From assembly GCF_016592615.1 (NCBI RefSeq), contig NZ_AP013043.1:450001-482000 (forward strand): DNA of 32,000 bases. Reading direction: 5' to 3'. The position numbers and the translations under genes are program-made. How positions within the stretch are numbered: position 1 is the first letter of the stretch; each line of letters starts with the position of its first letter. The DNA is from Isorropodon fossajaponicum endosymbiont JTNG4. Its GTDB lineage: Bacteria; Pseudomonadota; Gammaproteobacteria; PS1; Pseudothioglobaceae. This document shows, in pieces, positions 21,270 to 30,195 of the stretch. The notes beneath the pieces are model-generated. The model ran no database searches. It was not told the origin of the DNA and saw nothing but the letters and a program-made list of their open reading frames with translations.

Positions 21270-21617
21270 ATGAAAAAGATTTTTGCAATAGTGCTATTGG
21301 CATTCACTCTAAGTGCAAATGCATTTTGGAACAGCAACAACACCCCTTGGGGCAACAACCATAATGGTTATGGCTATCAAGAAGATAATGGCATGTTTGG
21401 CTACAACCCATACGATTTTTGGGATCCTCGTTGGTATCCAGAAGAAATGGGCAATATGTTTGACGAGTTTGACAACAATGGTTGGAGTAACAACAACAAC
21501 TATTATAGTTATGGTCGTAATGGTTATGGTTTCGCACCCAATGGTTATACAAATACCCCATGGGGACCTGGCGTTGTACCTAACATGACTACACCAGTAG
21601 TACCAACAGCAAGATAG
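21270..21617 (+). CDS. Small secreted Asn/Gly/Tyr/Trp-rich low-complexity protein (paralogue 2 of 3)
   Basis: GGAGA (21258-21262) favours ATG 21270 (the track start is 21264). Signal peptide MKKIFAIVLLAFTLSANA|FW. NTPWG occurs twice, with many GY/NGY units. Confidence 0.7.
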   Translation: MKKIFAIVLLAFTLSANAFWNSNNTPWGNNHNGYGYQEDNGMFGYNPYDFWDPRWYPEEMGNMFDEFDNNGWSNNNNYYSYGRNGYGFAPNGYTNTPWGPGVVPNMTTPVVPTAR

Positions 21618-21633
21618 CATAAAAGCTATGATT

Positions 21634-21663
21634 AAAAAACCAGCATTAGTTGCTGGTTTTTTT
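21634..21663 (+). terminator. Rho-independent terminator
   Basis: AAAAAACCAGCA (21634-21645), loop TTAGT, TGCTGGTTTTTT (21651-21662), extending into a T7 tract (21657-21663). Confidence 0.75.
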
Positions 21664-21725
21664 CGCTAAAAGTAAGGCATTAGGTTTATAATAACGATTA
21701 ATTAATAATTAAGGAGTGAAAAAGT

Positions 21726-22142
21726 ATGAAAAAAATAATAACAGTTTCCTTGCTAATATTGGCACTTAATGCTACTGCAAATTGGGGTAATAATTGGAAT
21801 AGCAACAGTCCAATGAATTTTGGCAACAACACGCCTTGGAATGGTGGTAACTTTAATAACGCGCCATGGGGTGGTAACAATTGGGGAAACTCTCCTTGGA
21901 ACAATAATAATTCTTTTACGCCGTTTAGAACTAATAACAACTTCAGTCCTTTTAATAATAGCAATGGTCAGCCGTTTAGTTTTGACACTGGCACTACTAG
22001 ACCTTGTGGGTTTAATACCAACCCTAATTCGTTTGGAGCAATGAATAATAGTCCTTGGAATTATGGCTACAATCAAGCAATCCCAGTAACGGCTGAAACA
22101 GAAAATGACGAGTCTTCAGTATCAACCGAAGACACTCAATAA
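21726..22142 (+). CDS. Small secreted Asn/Trp/Gly/Pro-rich low-complexity protein with an acidic tail (paralogue 3 of 3)
   Basis: AAGGAG (21711-21716) and TATAAT (21687-21692) lie upstream. Signal peptide MKKIITVSLLILALNATA|NW. About 34 of 138 residues are Asn (hand count). Repeated N-x-P-W-G/N units: NTPWN, NAPWG, NSPWN twice. C-terminal tail AETENDESSVSTEDTQ. Confidence 0.7.
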   Translation: MKKIITVSLLILALNATANWGNNWNSNSPMNFGNNTPWNGGNFNNAPWGGNNWGNSPWNNNNSFTPFRTNNNFSPFNNSNGQPFSFDTGTTRPCGFNTNPNSFGAMNNSPWNYGYNQAIPVTAETENDESSVSTEDTQ

Positions 22143-22158
22143 ATCTAAGTTGTGTAGT

Positions 22159-22183
22159 AAAACCGGCTTTATGCTGGTTTTTT
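22159..22183 (+). terminator. Rho-independent terminator, resembling the one at 21634
   Basis: AAAACCGGC, loop TTTAT, GCTGGTTTT (one G.U pair), extending into a T6 tract. Confidence 0.65.
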
Positions 22184-22261
22184 ATTGCCTGATTTGCTGC
22201 AAGCATTATGCTCATTAATGCTTGTCTGGGTTAAAATACTCATTAAACCTAGGAATAAAAA

Positions 22262-22654
22262 ATGAATACAGATTGCTTGTTTTGTCAATTGCGTGAAGAA
22301 AGAATTATTGGTCAGTGTGATTTAACTATTACGTTTTTAGACTCTTATCCTGCCTCTCCTGGGCATGCGTTGATTATCCCTAAAAGACACGTTGCTACTT
22401 ATTTTGATATTACCGAACAAGAGCAAAATGCGATTGCTAAAGCCATTCAAAAAGCCAAATTGATTCTTGATGAGGAGTTTTCTCCAGATGGTTACAACAT
22501 TGGTGTGAATAATGGTGAAGCAGCAGGGCAGAGCATTATGCACTTGCATGTGCACTTGATTCCTAGATATAAAGACGATGTTGAAAATCCTAAGGGTGGC
22601 GTGCGTTGGGTGATTTCAAACAAGGCTGATTATTGGAGTAATCGAGATAAATAA
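22262..22654 (+). CDS. HIT-family nucleotide hydrolase/transferase
   Basis: 130 aa with the histidine triad HLHVHLIPR and an ALIIPKRH motif. Confidence 0.85.
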   Translation: MNTDCLFCQLREERIIGQCDLTITFLDSYPASPGHALIIPKRHVATYFDITEQEQNAIAKAIQKAKLILDEEFSPDGYNIGVNNGEAAGQSIMHLHVHLIPRYKDDVENPKGGVRWVISNKADYWSNRDK

Positions 22655-22672
22655 CACATTTGAGCATGCAAT

Positions 22673-22698
22673 AAAAAACCCGTTTTAATGGGTTTTTT
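22673..22698. terminator. Probable bidirectional terminator between the convergent HIT gene and ssb
   Basis: AAAAAACCCG, loop TTTTAA, TGGGTTTTTT. The A-tract on one side and T-tract on the other allow function on both strands. The GC stem is short. Confidence 0.5.
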
Positions 22699-22722
22699 AT
22701 TGGTGTTGTGTATGTTTATTTT

Positions 22723-23214
22723 TTAAAAAGGAATGTCATCATCAAACCCAGAATTATCAACAGGTGCGATAGGGTCTGAGATTGGTGCTACTGCAGCTTG
22801 TTGCTGTGGTACAGGTGCAGAAGGCGCTGATTGTTGAGGTTGGGGCGCGCCACCCATATCAGTATTATCGTGACGATCTAACATTTGTAACGTGCTATTA
22901 AAACCAGACACAACTACTTCAGTCATGTAACGGTCAGCACCAGTTTGGTCTTGCCATTTGCGTGTTCTTAGGTTGCCTTCAACGTAAACCTTGGAGCCTT
23001 TGTGTAGGTATTGACCAGCAATCTCAGCTAATTTGCCAAATAAACTAACACGGTGCCACTCGGTTTTATCAACCTTTTGTCCTGTATTTTTATCTGTCCA
23101 GCTTTCACTGGTTGCAACGGATAAAGTGGTTACTGCTCTACCATCAGAGGTGTATTTCAATTCTACATCTTGACCTAAATTGCCTACTAAAATTACTTTG
23201 TTGATTCCTGCCAT
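22723..23214 (-). CDS. ssb: Single-stranded DNA-binding protein
   Basis: The internal Met gives [16 protein letters not shown] (canonical SSB N-terminus), an OB fold, a Pro/Gln-rich linker and the acidic tip DDDIPF. The track ORF extension to 23292 overlaps the upstream gene. Confidence 0.93.
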   Translation of the reverse strand: MAGINKVILVGNLGQDVELKYTSDGRAVTTLSVATSESWTDKNTGQKVDKTEWHRVSLFGKLAEIAGQYLHKGSKVYVEGNLRTRKWQDQTGADRYMTEVVVSGFNSTLQMLDRHDNTDMGGAPQPQQSAPSAPVPQQQAAVAPISDPIAPVDNSGFDDDIPF

Positions 23215-23228
23215 TTTTTTTGCTCCGA

Positions 23229-24404
23229 TTAATTTTCTGTTGCCCGTTTGATGGGTATTTTTTGCTTTGTTATTAGGATAATTATCCACCAAATAATTGC
23301 AATAAATGTGGTGAATAAGAATACACTATTTAGATTAGATATGTTGTAAATCCATCCGCCAACAATGCCACCAACGAACGCACCTAAAAACTGTGATGTA
23401 GCGTAAAAACCCATTGCCAAACCGCGTTTATCAGCACTTGCACTTGAAGCTATGAGTGAAGGTAGAATGGCTTCTAATGCGTTAAAAGCAATAAAGAATA
23501 AAGTTAAGAGAATAAAAAATGAAGTGTAAGTAAGTTGCATTTGGTAAAACAAAATTTGACTGATAATCAGCAGTGCAATGGCGCTTAAAAATACAGGTTT
23601 AATTTTTTGATATTTGGAAGCTAGAATAACCATTGGCAACATACCAACAAAGGACAAGATAATAATGGGTAAATACATTTGCCAACTGTCTTTAATATCA
23701 ACAATATTGTTTTCTTTTAAAAAGATTGGCATGGCGATAAAAGCACAAGTTAGGATTAAATGTAGCGCAAAGACGCTAAAATCTAGCCGTAGTAAATCAA
23801 CATTGATTACTTTTTTGATGTTTGCAATTGACAAAGCATACTGCTCTTTAGGTTTGGCGTTGGGCAGGGTACTAACAATAATCAGTGCAACAACAGAGAG
23901 CAAAGCAATCACCCAAAATAAACCAGATATGCCTAGATTAACACTGATGATAGGGCCTAGTAGTAAGGCCAGCATAAAGGCTACGCCTATTTGCACACCC
24001 ACAAAAGCATTGGCTTTGGAGCGTTGATTTTCACTAACAAAATCTGCTAAAAACGCCATCAATACTGCTGAAATAGCACCTGCACCTTGCAGCGCCCTAC
24101 CAATAACAATATCTATGATGTCTGTTGAGTTGGCGGCCACAACACTACCAATAAAAAAGATAACAAGACCAATGATTAGCATGGGTTTGCGACCATACTT
24201 GTCTGATAAATAGCCAAAGGGAATTTGTAATAACGCCTGAGTTAGTCCATAAATGCCAATAGCCAAGCCTATTAAGTAAGGTGTGGTACTGGTATATTCA
24301 CTGGCATAAACTGAAAATATAGGAAAAATCATAAACAAGCCCAGCATACGCGTGGCCATGATTAAAGAAATCTTAAATGCGAAAGCTCTTTCTTGTTTGT
24401 TCAT
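23229..24404 (-). CDS. MFS transporter
   Basis: 391 aa, about 12 predicted TM helices, with the MFS loop motif [11 protein letters not shown]. Confidence 0.85.
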   Translation of the reverse strand: MNKQERAFAFKISLIMATRMLGLFMIFPIFSVYASEYTSTTPYLIGLAIGIYGLTQALLQIPFGYLSDKYGRKPMLIIGLVIFFIGSVVAANSTDIIDIVIGRALQGAGAISAVLMAFLADFVSENQRSKANAFVGVQIGVAFMLALLLGPIISVNLGISGLFWVIALLSVVALIIVSTLPNAKPKEQYALSIANIKKVINVDLLRLDFSVFALHLILTCAFIAMPIFLKENNIVDIKDSWQMYLPIIILSFVGMLPMVILASKYQKIKPVFLSAIALLIISQILFYQMQLTYTSFFILLTLFFIAFNALEAILPSLIASSASADKRGLAMGFYATSQFLGAFVGGIVGGWIYNISNLNSVFLFTTFIAIIWWIIILITKQKIPIKRATEN

Positions 24405-24422
24405 TGGAGCTGGTTAAGAATT

Positions 24423-25190
24423 TTAGTCTTCTAAAGAGTAATGTGGTGTGTACGAAGGGTAGCTACTCTTTAGTACGCGACGTGCATCTTTTGCCAGTAT
24501 GTTTGCACTAATAGCGTCATAATTATAGGCTATTAAATGTAGTGCTGCAGGAACTGAAGGTGTGTTTGGATATTTTTCAATGATAAATTTAGTGCGGTTG
24601 ATGGCAGCAATATTAGCCCCTCTTTTGGTGTAGTAAATAGCTACAAATAACTCATGTCTTGATAAAATATTTCTAAGTATAACTAAATGGGTTTTGGCCT
24701 CTTCAGCATACTCGGTTTTGGGGAATTTATCAATCAGTGCTAGATAGTAGTTAAAGGCATCACGCACTGAGTTAACATCGCGCTGGGCGCTATCAGTAAG
24801 GTAGTCATCTAAAAATGAGCGAGATTTGTCTTGTGAAATAACGCCACGTAAATAATAGGCATATGGGGTTGAAAAGTGTTCTGGATAAAGCTTAATATAG
24901 TTATTTAAGCGATCAATTGCTTGATTGTAATCCTTGCTCTTATACAATGCATAAGCGATTTCTAATTTAGACCGTAGTGCATATTTTGAGCCAGGGTAGG
25001 CTACTTGTAGCTGTTCAAAAAGCGCAATGGCTTTGTCCGTTGAGCCTGATGAAGCCTCTTCTTTAGCTTGAGCAAAGAATGTTTTTGGCGACCAGCCTTT
25101 AGTAATAGATTCTCTTTTGGCTTCTTCTTGCCAAGAACAACCATTAAGTAATAATGTTAAAAAAGGTAGGATGATGAATAATTTTTTCAT
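24423..25190 (-). CDS. bamD: Outer membrane protein assembly factor BamD (lipoprotein)
   Basis: 255 aa with signal peptide and lipobox LLLNGC, TPR-like repeats, and length and sequence typical of BamD/YfiO. Confidence 0.85.
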   Translation of the reverse strand: MKKLFIILPFLTLLLNGCSWQEEAKRESITKGWSPKTFFAQAKEEASSGSTDKAIALFEQLQVAYPGSKYALRSKLEIAYALYKSKDYNQAIDRLNNYIKLYPEHFSTPYAYYLRGVISQDKSRSFLDDYLTDSAQRDVNSVRDAFNYYLALIDKFPKTEYAEEAKTHLVILRNILSRHELFVAIYYTKRGANIAAINRTKFIIEKYPNTPSVPAALHLIAYNYDAISANILAKDARRVLKSSYPSYTPHYSLED

Positions 25191-25276
25191 AACTTAAGGT
25201 ATTGTATGTGAGGGCATTATACTGGTGTGGTTGTATTATAATGGCAAAGATTTATCCTTAAATTTAACTATATTGA

Positions 25277-27379
25277 ATGAATTCACCTGATAAAAGAGTC
25301 CTAATTAGCGAGCTGTGTAATACGCTAGAAAATTATATGTCTAAAGAGCAAATTAAGGGTGTTTATCAGGCTTACACTGTTGCAGCGATGGCGCATGATG
25401 GGCAATATCGACAATCGGGCGAGGCCTATGTATTTCACCCCATATCAGTTGCTATGATTTTGGCAGAGTTAAAATTAGACTATTATTGTATTGTGGCAGC
25501 AATATTGCACGATTGTATCGAGGATACTTCAGTCACTTACGAGCAAATTAAATGTGATTTTGGTGATGAAATTGCACACATTGTAGAGGGAGTGTCCAAA
25601 CTAACTGGGCTGGAATTTCACTCAAACACAGACAAGCAAGCACAAAATTTTAGAAAGTTGTTTTTAGCCATGAGTGATGACATGCGTGTTATGGTAATCA
25701 AACTGGCGGATCGTTTGCACAATATGCAAACACTTGGCTCTATGCGTCGAGACAAGCAACTTAGAATTGCCAAAGAAACGGTAGAAATACATGCGCCCAT
25801 AGCGCGTCGCTTGGGTCTTAATAGTATTAGGGTTGAGCTTGATAATTTGTGTTTTGCTATTATTTATCCGTTTCGTAATAAAGTTTTGCTCAGTCAAATT
25901 AAAAAACAATGTGGCAATCGTAAGAAAACCATCAGTCACATCCAAACTGAAATAAAAAATCGACTAAACCAAGAAGGCATACCTAATGCCGATATCAATG
26001 GTCGTAGAAAGCAACCTTGTAGTATTTATAGAAAGATGAAAATCAAGCATTTGAAGTTTTCTCAGGTGTTAGACATGTATGCACTTAGGGTTATTGTGGT
26101 TGATGTGGCACAATGCTATCAAGCTCTAGGCATTATTCATAATTTATATAAGCCATTACCAGGCAAGTTTAAAGATTATGTGGCACTACCCAAATCAAAC
26201 GGCTATCAGTCGTTACATACAGTGCTATTTGGTCCTAACAAGATTTTTATTGAAGTGCAAATTCGCTCATCTGACATGCATTTTATTTCAGAATACGGCA
26301 TTGCTGCACATTGGCACTATAAGAGTGATTCTAATCATAAGTCAGAATTGGCTAATAACTGGTTAGGCTCATTACTTGATATTCAAAAAAATTCGGGCAC
26401 TTCTATTGAATTTTTAGAAGAAACCAAAGCAGATTTGTTCCCTTCCGAGGTGTTTGTTTTTACTCCTGAAGGGGATATTATTCAGCTACCTTATAAATCA
26501 ACCGTGCTTGATTTTGCCTACATGGTACATACTAGTATTGGCAATCACACCCTTAAAGCCAAGGTTGACCAAGTTAACACGCCCATTTCTACTGAATTAA
26601 AATCAGGACAAACCATTGAAATTATCACTGATGATAAGGCCACACCCAGGTCTTCTTGGTTACAAATTGTTATTACTGTAAAGGCCAGATCCTCAATCAA
26701 GGCATATCTTAAAAACGAATCTGCTGCTGAACTAATCCAACTGGGGGAATATTTATTAATCAATGCGCTGGATTATCAAAATATAGACACCGACGGCATT
26801 AATGAGGCTCAGTGGTTGGCATGCCTTAAAGCGTTAAATTGCGACTCTAAAGAAGACATGTATATGAAAATTGGATTGTCTGAGATTTTAGTATCAGTTG
26901 CACTGAACAAGTTGCAAGGCGATAACGCCAAGCACACAACGCAAAAAATTAGTATTCACAAAACCCAAGGTAAAGCCATTAGTTTTGCACATTGTTGCCA
27001 TCCCATCCCTGGCGATAAAGTGACTGGTGTTTTAACCACTTCTAAAGGTATGGTGATTCACAGGGTAATTTGTGCTAACTTGGTTCGTGCTAAGAGCAAA
27101 AATGCACAATGGCTTGATATTGATTGGCAAGCAGATAAAGACGAGGAATTTAAAGCCATGATTGATGTTGATGTTGCCAACCAAAGAGGTACACTTGCCT
27201 CTATTGCCAGTGTTATTTCAAAAATGAACATCAATATTGAGCGCTTAGAGATTCAAGAAAAAGACAATTCCATCAAATCACTCAATATGGTCATTAGTGT
27301 TGCAAATATCACTCAATTAAATGAGGTATTTGTACAGCTAAAGACGCTCGAATTTGTTCGAGATGTGAGTAGAGTGTGA
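25277..27379 (+). CDS. spoT: Bifunctional (p)ppGpp synthetase/hydrolase (SpoT-type RSH)
   Basis: 700 aa with an HD hydrolase motif (AAILHDCIEDT), the synthetase domain (YRKMKIK...GYQSLHT), and TGS and ACT-like C-terminal domains. Confidence 0.92.
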   Translation: MNSPDKRVLISELCNTLENYMSKEQIKGVYQAYTVAAMAHDGQYRQSGEAYVFHPISVAMILAELKLDYYCIVAAILHDCIEDTSVTYEQIKCDFGDEIAHIVEGVSKLTGLEFHSNTDKQAQNFRKLFLAMSDDMRVMVIKLADRLHNMQTLGSMRRDKQLRIAKETVEIHAPIARRLGLNSIRVELDNLCFAIIYPFRNKVLLSQIKKQCGNRKKTISHIQTEIKNRLNQEGIPNADINGRRKQPCSIYRKMKIKHLKFSQVLDMYALRVIVVDVAQCYQALGIIHNLYKPLPGKFKDYVALPKSNGYQSLHTVLFGPNKIFIEVQIRSSDMHFISEYGIAAHWHYKSDSNHKSELANNWLGSLLDIQKNSGTSIEFLEETKADLFPSEVFVFTPEGDIIQLPYKSTVLDFAYMVHTSIGNHTLKAKVDQVNTPISTELKSGQTIEIITDDKATPRSSWLQIVITVKARSSIKAYLKNESAAELIQLGEYLLINALDYQNIDTDGINEAQWLACLKALNCDSKEDMYMKIGLSEILVSVALNKLQGDNAKHTTQKISIHKTQGKAISFAHCCHPIPGDKVTGVLTTSKGMVIHRVICANLVRAKSKNAQWLDIDWQADKDEEFKAMIDVDVANQRGTLASIASVISKMNINIERLEIQEKDNSIKSLNMVISVANITQLNEVFVQLKTLEFVRDVSRV

Positions 27380-27458
27380 TTTAAAAAAAGCGACTAAATT
27401 TTTACCCATACCAAACCTTAGTTTGGTTAAAATTAAGATTTAATTTAAGGTATTTTTT

Positions 27459-27653
27459 ATGAATTGGACAGACTCCCTAGATATTGCGATGGCCTTAGAC
27501 GAGGCTCATCCAGAGGTTAATCCTAATATTATTAATTTTGTTGATCTTAGACAGATGGTGATTGCACTGGATAAGTTTGATGGTGATGCAAATAAATCAG
27601 GCGAAAAAATCCTTGAAGCCATCCAAATGAACTGGATAGAAGAAAAAGAATGA
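27459..27653 (+). CDS. iscX: Fe-S cluster assembly protein IscX
   Basis: 64 aa. MNWTDSLDIAMALDEAHPEVNP...GEKILEAIQMNWIEEKE aligns along its whole length with E. coli IscX/YfhJ as recalled from memory. Confidence 0.85.
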   Translation: MNWTDSLDIAMALDEAHPEVNPNIINFVDLRQMVIALDKFDGDANKSGEKILEAIQMNWIEEKE

Positions 27654-28924
27654 AGCAACTGCTTGTTTTTGTTTTATCACTTTATACCACCCTTGCTTGG
27701 GCAGTATTAGAAGTTACCATTCTCAAACAAGATGAAAATGCTTTCCCCATTGTTATTTCTGATTTTTCTGTTGTGGGTGATGCAAACCAAGGCAAAACTA
27801 TTGCACATGTTATGCGTGATAACTTTAATCGCTCGGGTGAATTTAGCGCCTCTGGTGCAAATTATGTGATTAATAACAAGCCCAATTTTGACAAATGGAA
27901 AGCAAAAAAAATTGAAGCTATTGTGCTTGGCAAGCTAGAAAAAATCAGCAAAAAAGTCTTCAATGTTGAGATTGAATTACTGGATGTTTATTCTAAGAAA
28001 ACACTCTATAAAGATAAATTTGCCGTGCACAATAGTGGCATTAGAAGAATTGCACACTATTTGTCTGATCAAATTTATCATGCTTTGTTAGGTGAAAGAG
28101 GCTCTTTTGATACGCGCCTAGCTTATATTACCGTTACTAATAAAGGCAAAGGTGGGCGTGAATATCGTTTAGAAATATCAGACTCTGATGCGCAAAATCC
28201 ACAAACCATCTTAAAATCTAAAGAGCCTGTTTTATCACCCGTTTGGTCACCTGACCAAAATAAAATTGCTTACGTGTCTTTTAGAAATGCCCGTTCAGAG
28301 GTGTTCATCCAATACCCATTTGTACGCCGAAAAACACAAAAATTGCCTTATTTTGATGGCATTGCCTCATCGCCATCTTGGCATCCAAATGGTAAAAGCC
28401 TTTTGCTCACGCTATCCAAAAACGGCAACAAGGATATTTATTCTTATCAATTAGCCTCTAAAAAACTAACAAGGCTGACTACAGATGTAAGCATCGATAC
28501 TGAGGCAAGTTACTCACCAGAGGGCGATAAAATTGTGTTTACCTCCAATCGTTCTGGACAGGTACAAGTTTATATTAAAGATTTAAAAACCAGTAAAATT
28601 AACAGAGCAACCTTTAAGGGCAGATATAATGCCAAAGCAGTTTTTTCTCCTGATGGTAAAAGCTTGGCTATGGTGCATAGGGTGGGTAAAGATTACCGTA
28701 TTGCCTTATTAGATATTGCCACTAAGGATTTGACTATTATGACAAATAATCAATTAGACGAATCACCATTTTTTTCACCAAATGGCGGTATGATTATCTT
28801 TGCTACTAATAAAGATAGCTCTGGTGTACTTTCTGTGGTTTCAATATTGGGTCGTCAAACCTTTGAACTGGCTAGTAAAGCAGGCGAAGTTAGAGAGCCA
28901 AATTGGTCACATTATTTAAAATAG
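27650..28924 (+). CDS. tolB: Tol-Pal system beta-propeller protein TolB
   Basis: 424 aa with a signal peptide and repeated SP(V)WSPDG/FSPDG propeller motifs. Followed by pal. Confidence 0.93.
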   Translation: MKQLLVFVLSLYTTLAWAVLEVTILKQDENAFPIVISDFSVVGDANQGKTIAHVMRDNFNRSGEFSASGANYVINNKPNFDKWKAKKIEAIVLGKLEKISKKVFNVEIELLDVYSKKTLYKDKFAVHNSGIRRIAHYLSDQIYHALLGERGSFDTRLAYITVTNKGKGGREYRLEISDSDAQNPQTILKSKEPVLSPVWSPDQNKIAYVSFRNARSEVFIQYPFVRRKTQKLPYFDGIASSPSWHPNGKSLLLTLSKNGNKDIYSYQLASKKLTRLTTDVSIDTEASYSPEGDKIVFTSNRSGQVQVYIKDLKTSKINRATFKGRYNAKAVFSPDGKSLAMVHRVGKDYRIALLDIATKDLTIMTNNQLDESPFFSPNGGMIIFATNKDSSGVLSVVSILGRQTFELASKAGEVREPNWSHYLK

Positions 28925-28934
28925 GAGGCGTTAA

Positions 28935-29504
28935 ATGTTAAAACTAATATCCCTAACAACAATAGTGTTGTTGTTGTCATGTTCATCCGTAGATGATTTG
29001 TATAAAAAAGTATTACCCAAGCCAAGCGTGGTTACCATTGAAGATAGGACGGAAAATACACAAGAAAATGTTATTGAGGCAGATCAGTCTAGTTTTCAAT
29101 CGCAAGGGTTTTCTAGAAGTGGTGTAGACACATCAAGCATTATTGAGCCAGTTGTCGTAGCAGATTTTAGAAACACGGACGTTAGTTTTGTTTTGTATTT
29201 TTACTATGATGGCACTGAGATTGATGAAGATTCAACCAAGCAAATCATCAAACATGCAAACTTTATGCGCAACAATCCAGCACTAAATTTACGCCTAGAA
29301 GGACATGCAGATGAGCGTGGCACGCGTGAATACAACCTAGCACTGGGTGAAAACCGCGCTTTAAGTGTTAAAGAAATCTTAGGCCTGTATGATCTTTCTT
29401 CAAGGGTTGAAGTTATTAGTTTTGGCGAGGAAAAACCCATACTACAGCACCACGATGAGGATGCATGGCAGAAAAACAGACGCGTTGAGTTTGTTTATCA
29501 ATAA
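28935..29504 (+). CDS. pal: Peptidoglycan-associated lipoprotein Pal
   Basis: Lipobox LLLSCSS and an OmpA-like C-terminal domain (LEGHADERGTREYNLALGENRA ... NRRVEF). Confidence 0.93.
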   Translation: MLKLISLTTIVLLLSCSSVDDLYKKVLPKPSVVTIEDRTENTQENVIEADQSSFQSQGFSRSGVDTSSIIEPVVVADFRNTDVSFVLYFYYDGTEIDEDSTKQIIKHANFMRNNPALNLRLEGHADERGTREYNLALGENRALSVKEILGLYDLSSRVEVISFGEEKPILQHHDEDAWQKNRRVEFVYQ

Positions 29505-29510
29505 AGATTA

Positions 29511-30194
29511 ATGCACCACCTTAGTTTGATTGCTTTTTTAAGTATTTTTGCTTGGCAGCCTGTCAGTGCAGGCATTAATACAGACAAGGTGGTGATGGGT
29601 CACAATCAAAAAACAAAGCGCTTGTTGGTGCGTAAAAACAAAGCCTTGTTGGGCAAAATTGAGCTTTTAGAGCAACAACAAAAAATAAGCACTGGAAAAA
29701 TCAAAGAGCTGTTTAACTTAATCACTTATCAAAAATCCAGTGCCACCATTGTAAAAACCACGCTCAGAGTCAGAGAGCATGATCAAAAAGCCAAGCGCAT
29801 TTATACGCAAGCGCGCAGCTTATTAGTGACGGATCAATACGACCAAGCCATTAAATTGTTTAAACAATATTTAGCTACTTATCCGAATAATAATCACACC
29901 TCAGATGTGCACTATTGGTTAGCCAAATCTTATTTAGCTAAAGATGATTTTTACAATGCTAGAAATACTTTTGTTACATTTCAACAACAAAACCCATTGC
30001 ACTATAAGTTTTCAAACTCTTTGTTTGAGTTGGCTAAAGTATATATAGAACTTAACCAACAAGACAAGGCACGTGGCTTGTTAAGCACAATGCTGGTTAA
30101 ATTCCCCTCGCATAAAGCAATTAATAGAGCTAAACAACTGCTGAACAAAATCATCACCCCTAAGCCAAAGATAAATAAATTAATCATCAATTAA
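29511..30194 (+). CDS. cpoB: Tol-Pal-associated cell-division coordinator CpoB (YbgF)
   Basis: 227 aa with a signal peptide, an N-terminal coiled coil and C-terminal TPR repeats. It occupies the conserved position after pal. Confidence 0.8.
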   Translation: MHHLSLIAFLSIFAWQPVSAGINTDKVVMGHNQKTKRLLVRKNKALLGKIELLEQQQKISTGKIKELFNLITYQKSSATIVKTTLRVREHDQKAKRIYTQARSLLVTDQYDQAIKLFKQYLATYPNNNHTSDVHYWLAKSYLAKDDFYNARNTFVTFQQQNPLHYKFSNSLFELAKVYIELNQQDKARGLLSTMLVKFPSHKAINRAKQLLNKIITPKPKINKLIIN

Positions 30195-30195
30195 A

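Noticed and set aside
21300-22215. Multiple long overlapping ORFs in four to five frames (21304-21561 -, 21309-21620 -, 21313-21588 +, 21698-21964 -, 21753-22076 -, 21820-22044 +, 22024-22215 -)
   Set aside because: The AAC/AAT/GGN/TGG-rich repetitive coding sequence is depleted in stop triplets in most frames. Only the + strand frames with signal peptide, RBS and terminator make biological sense.
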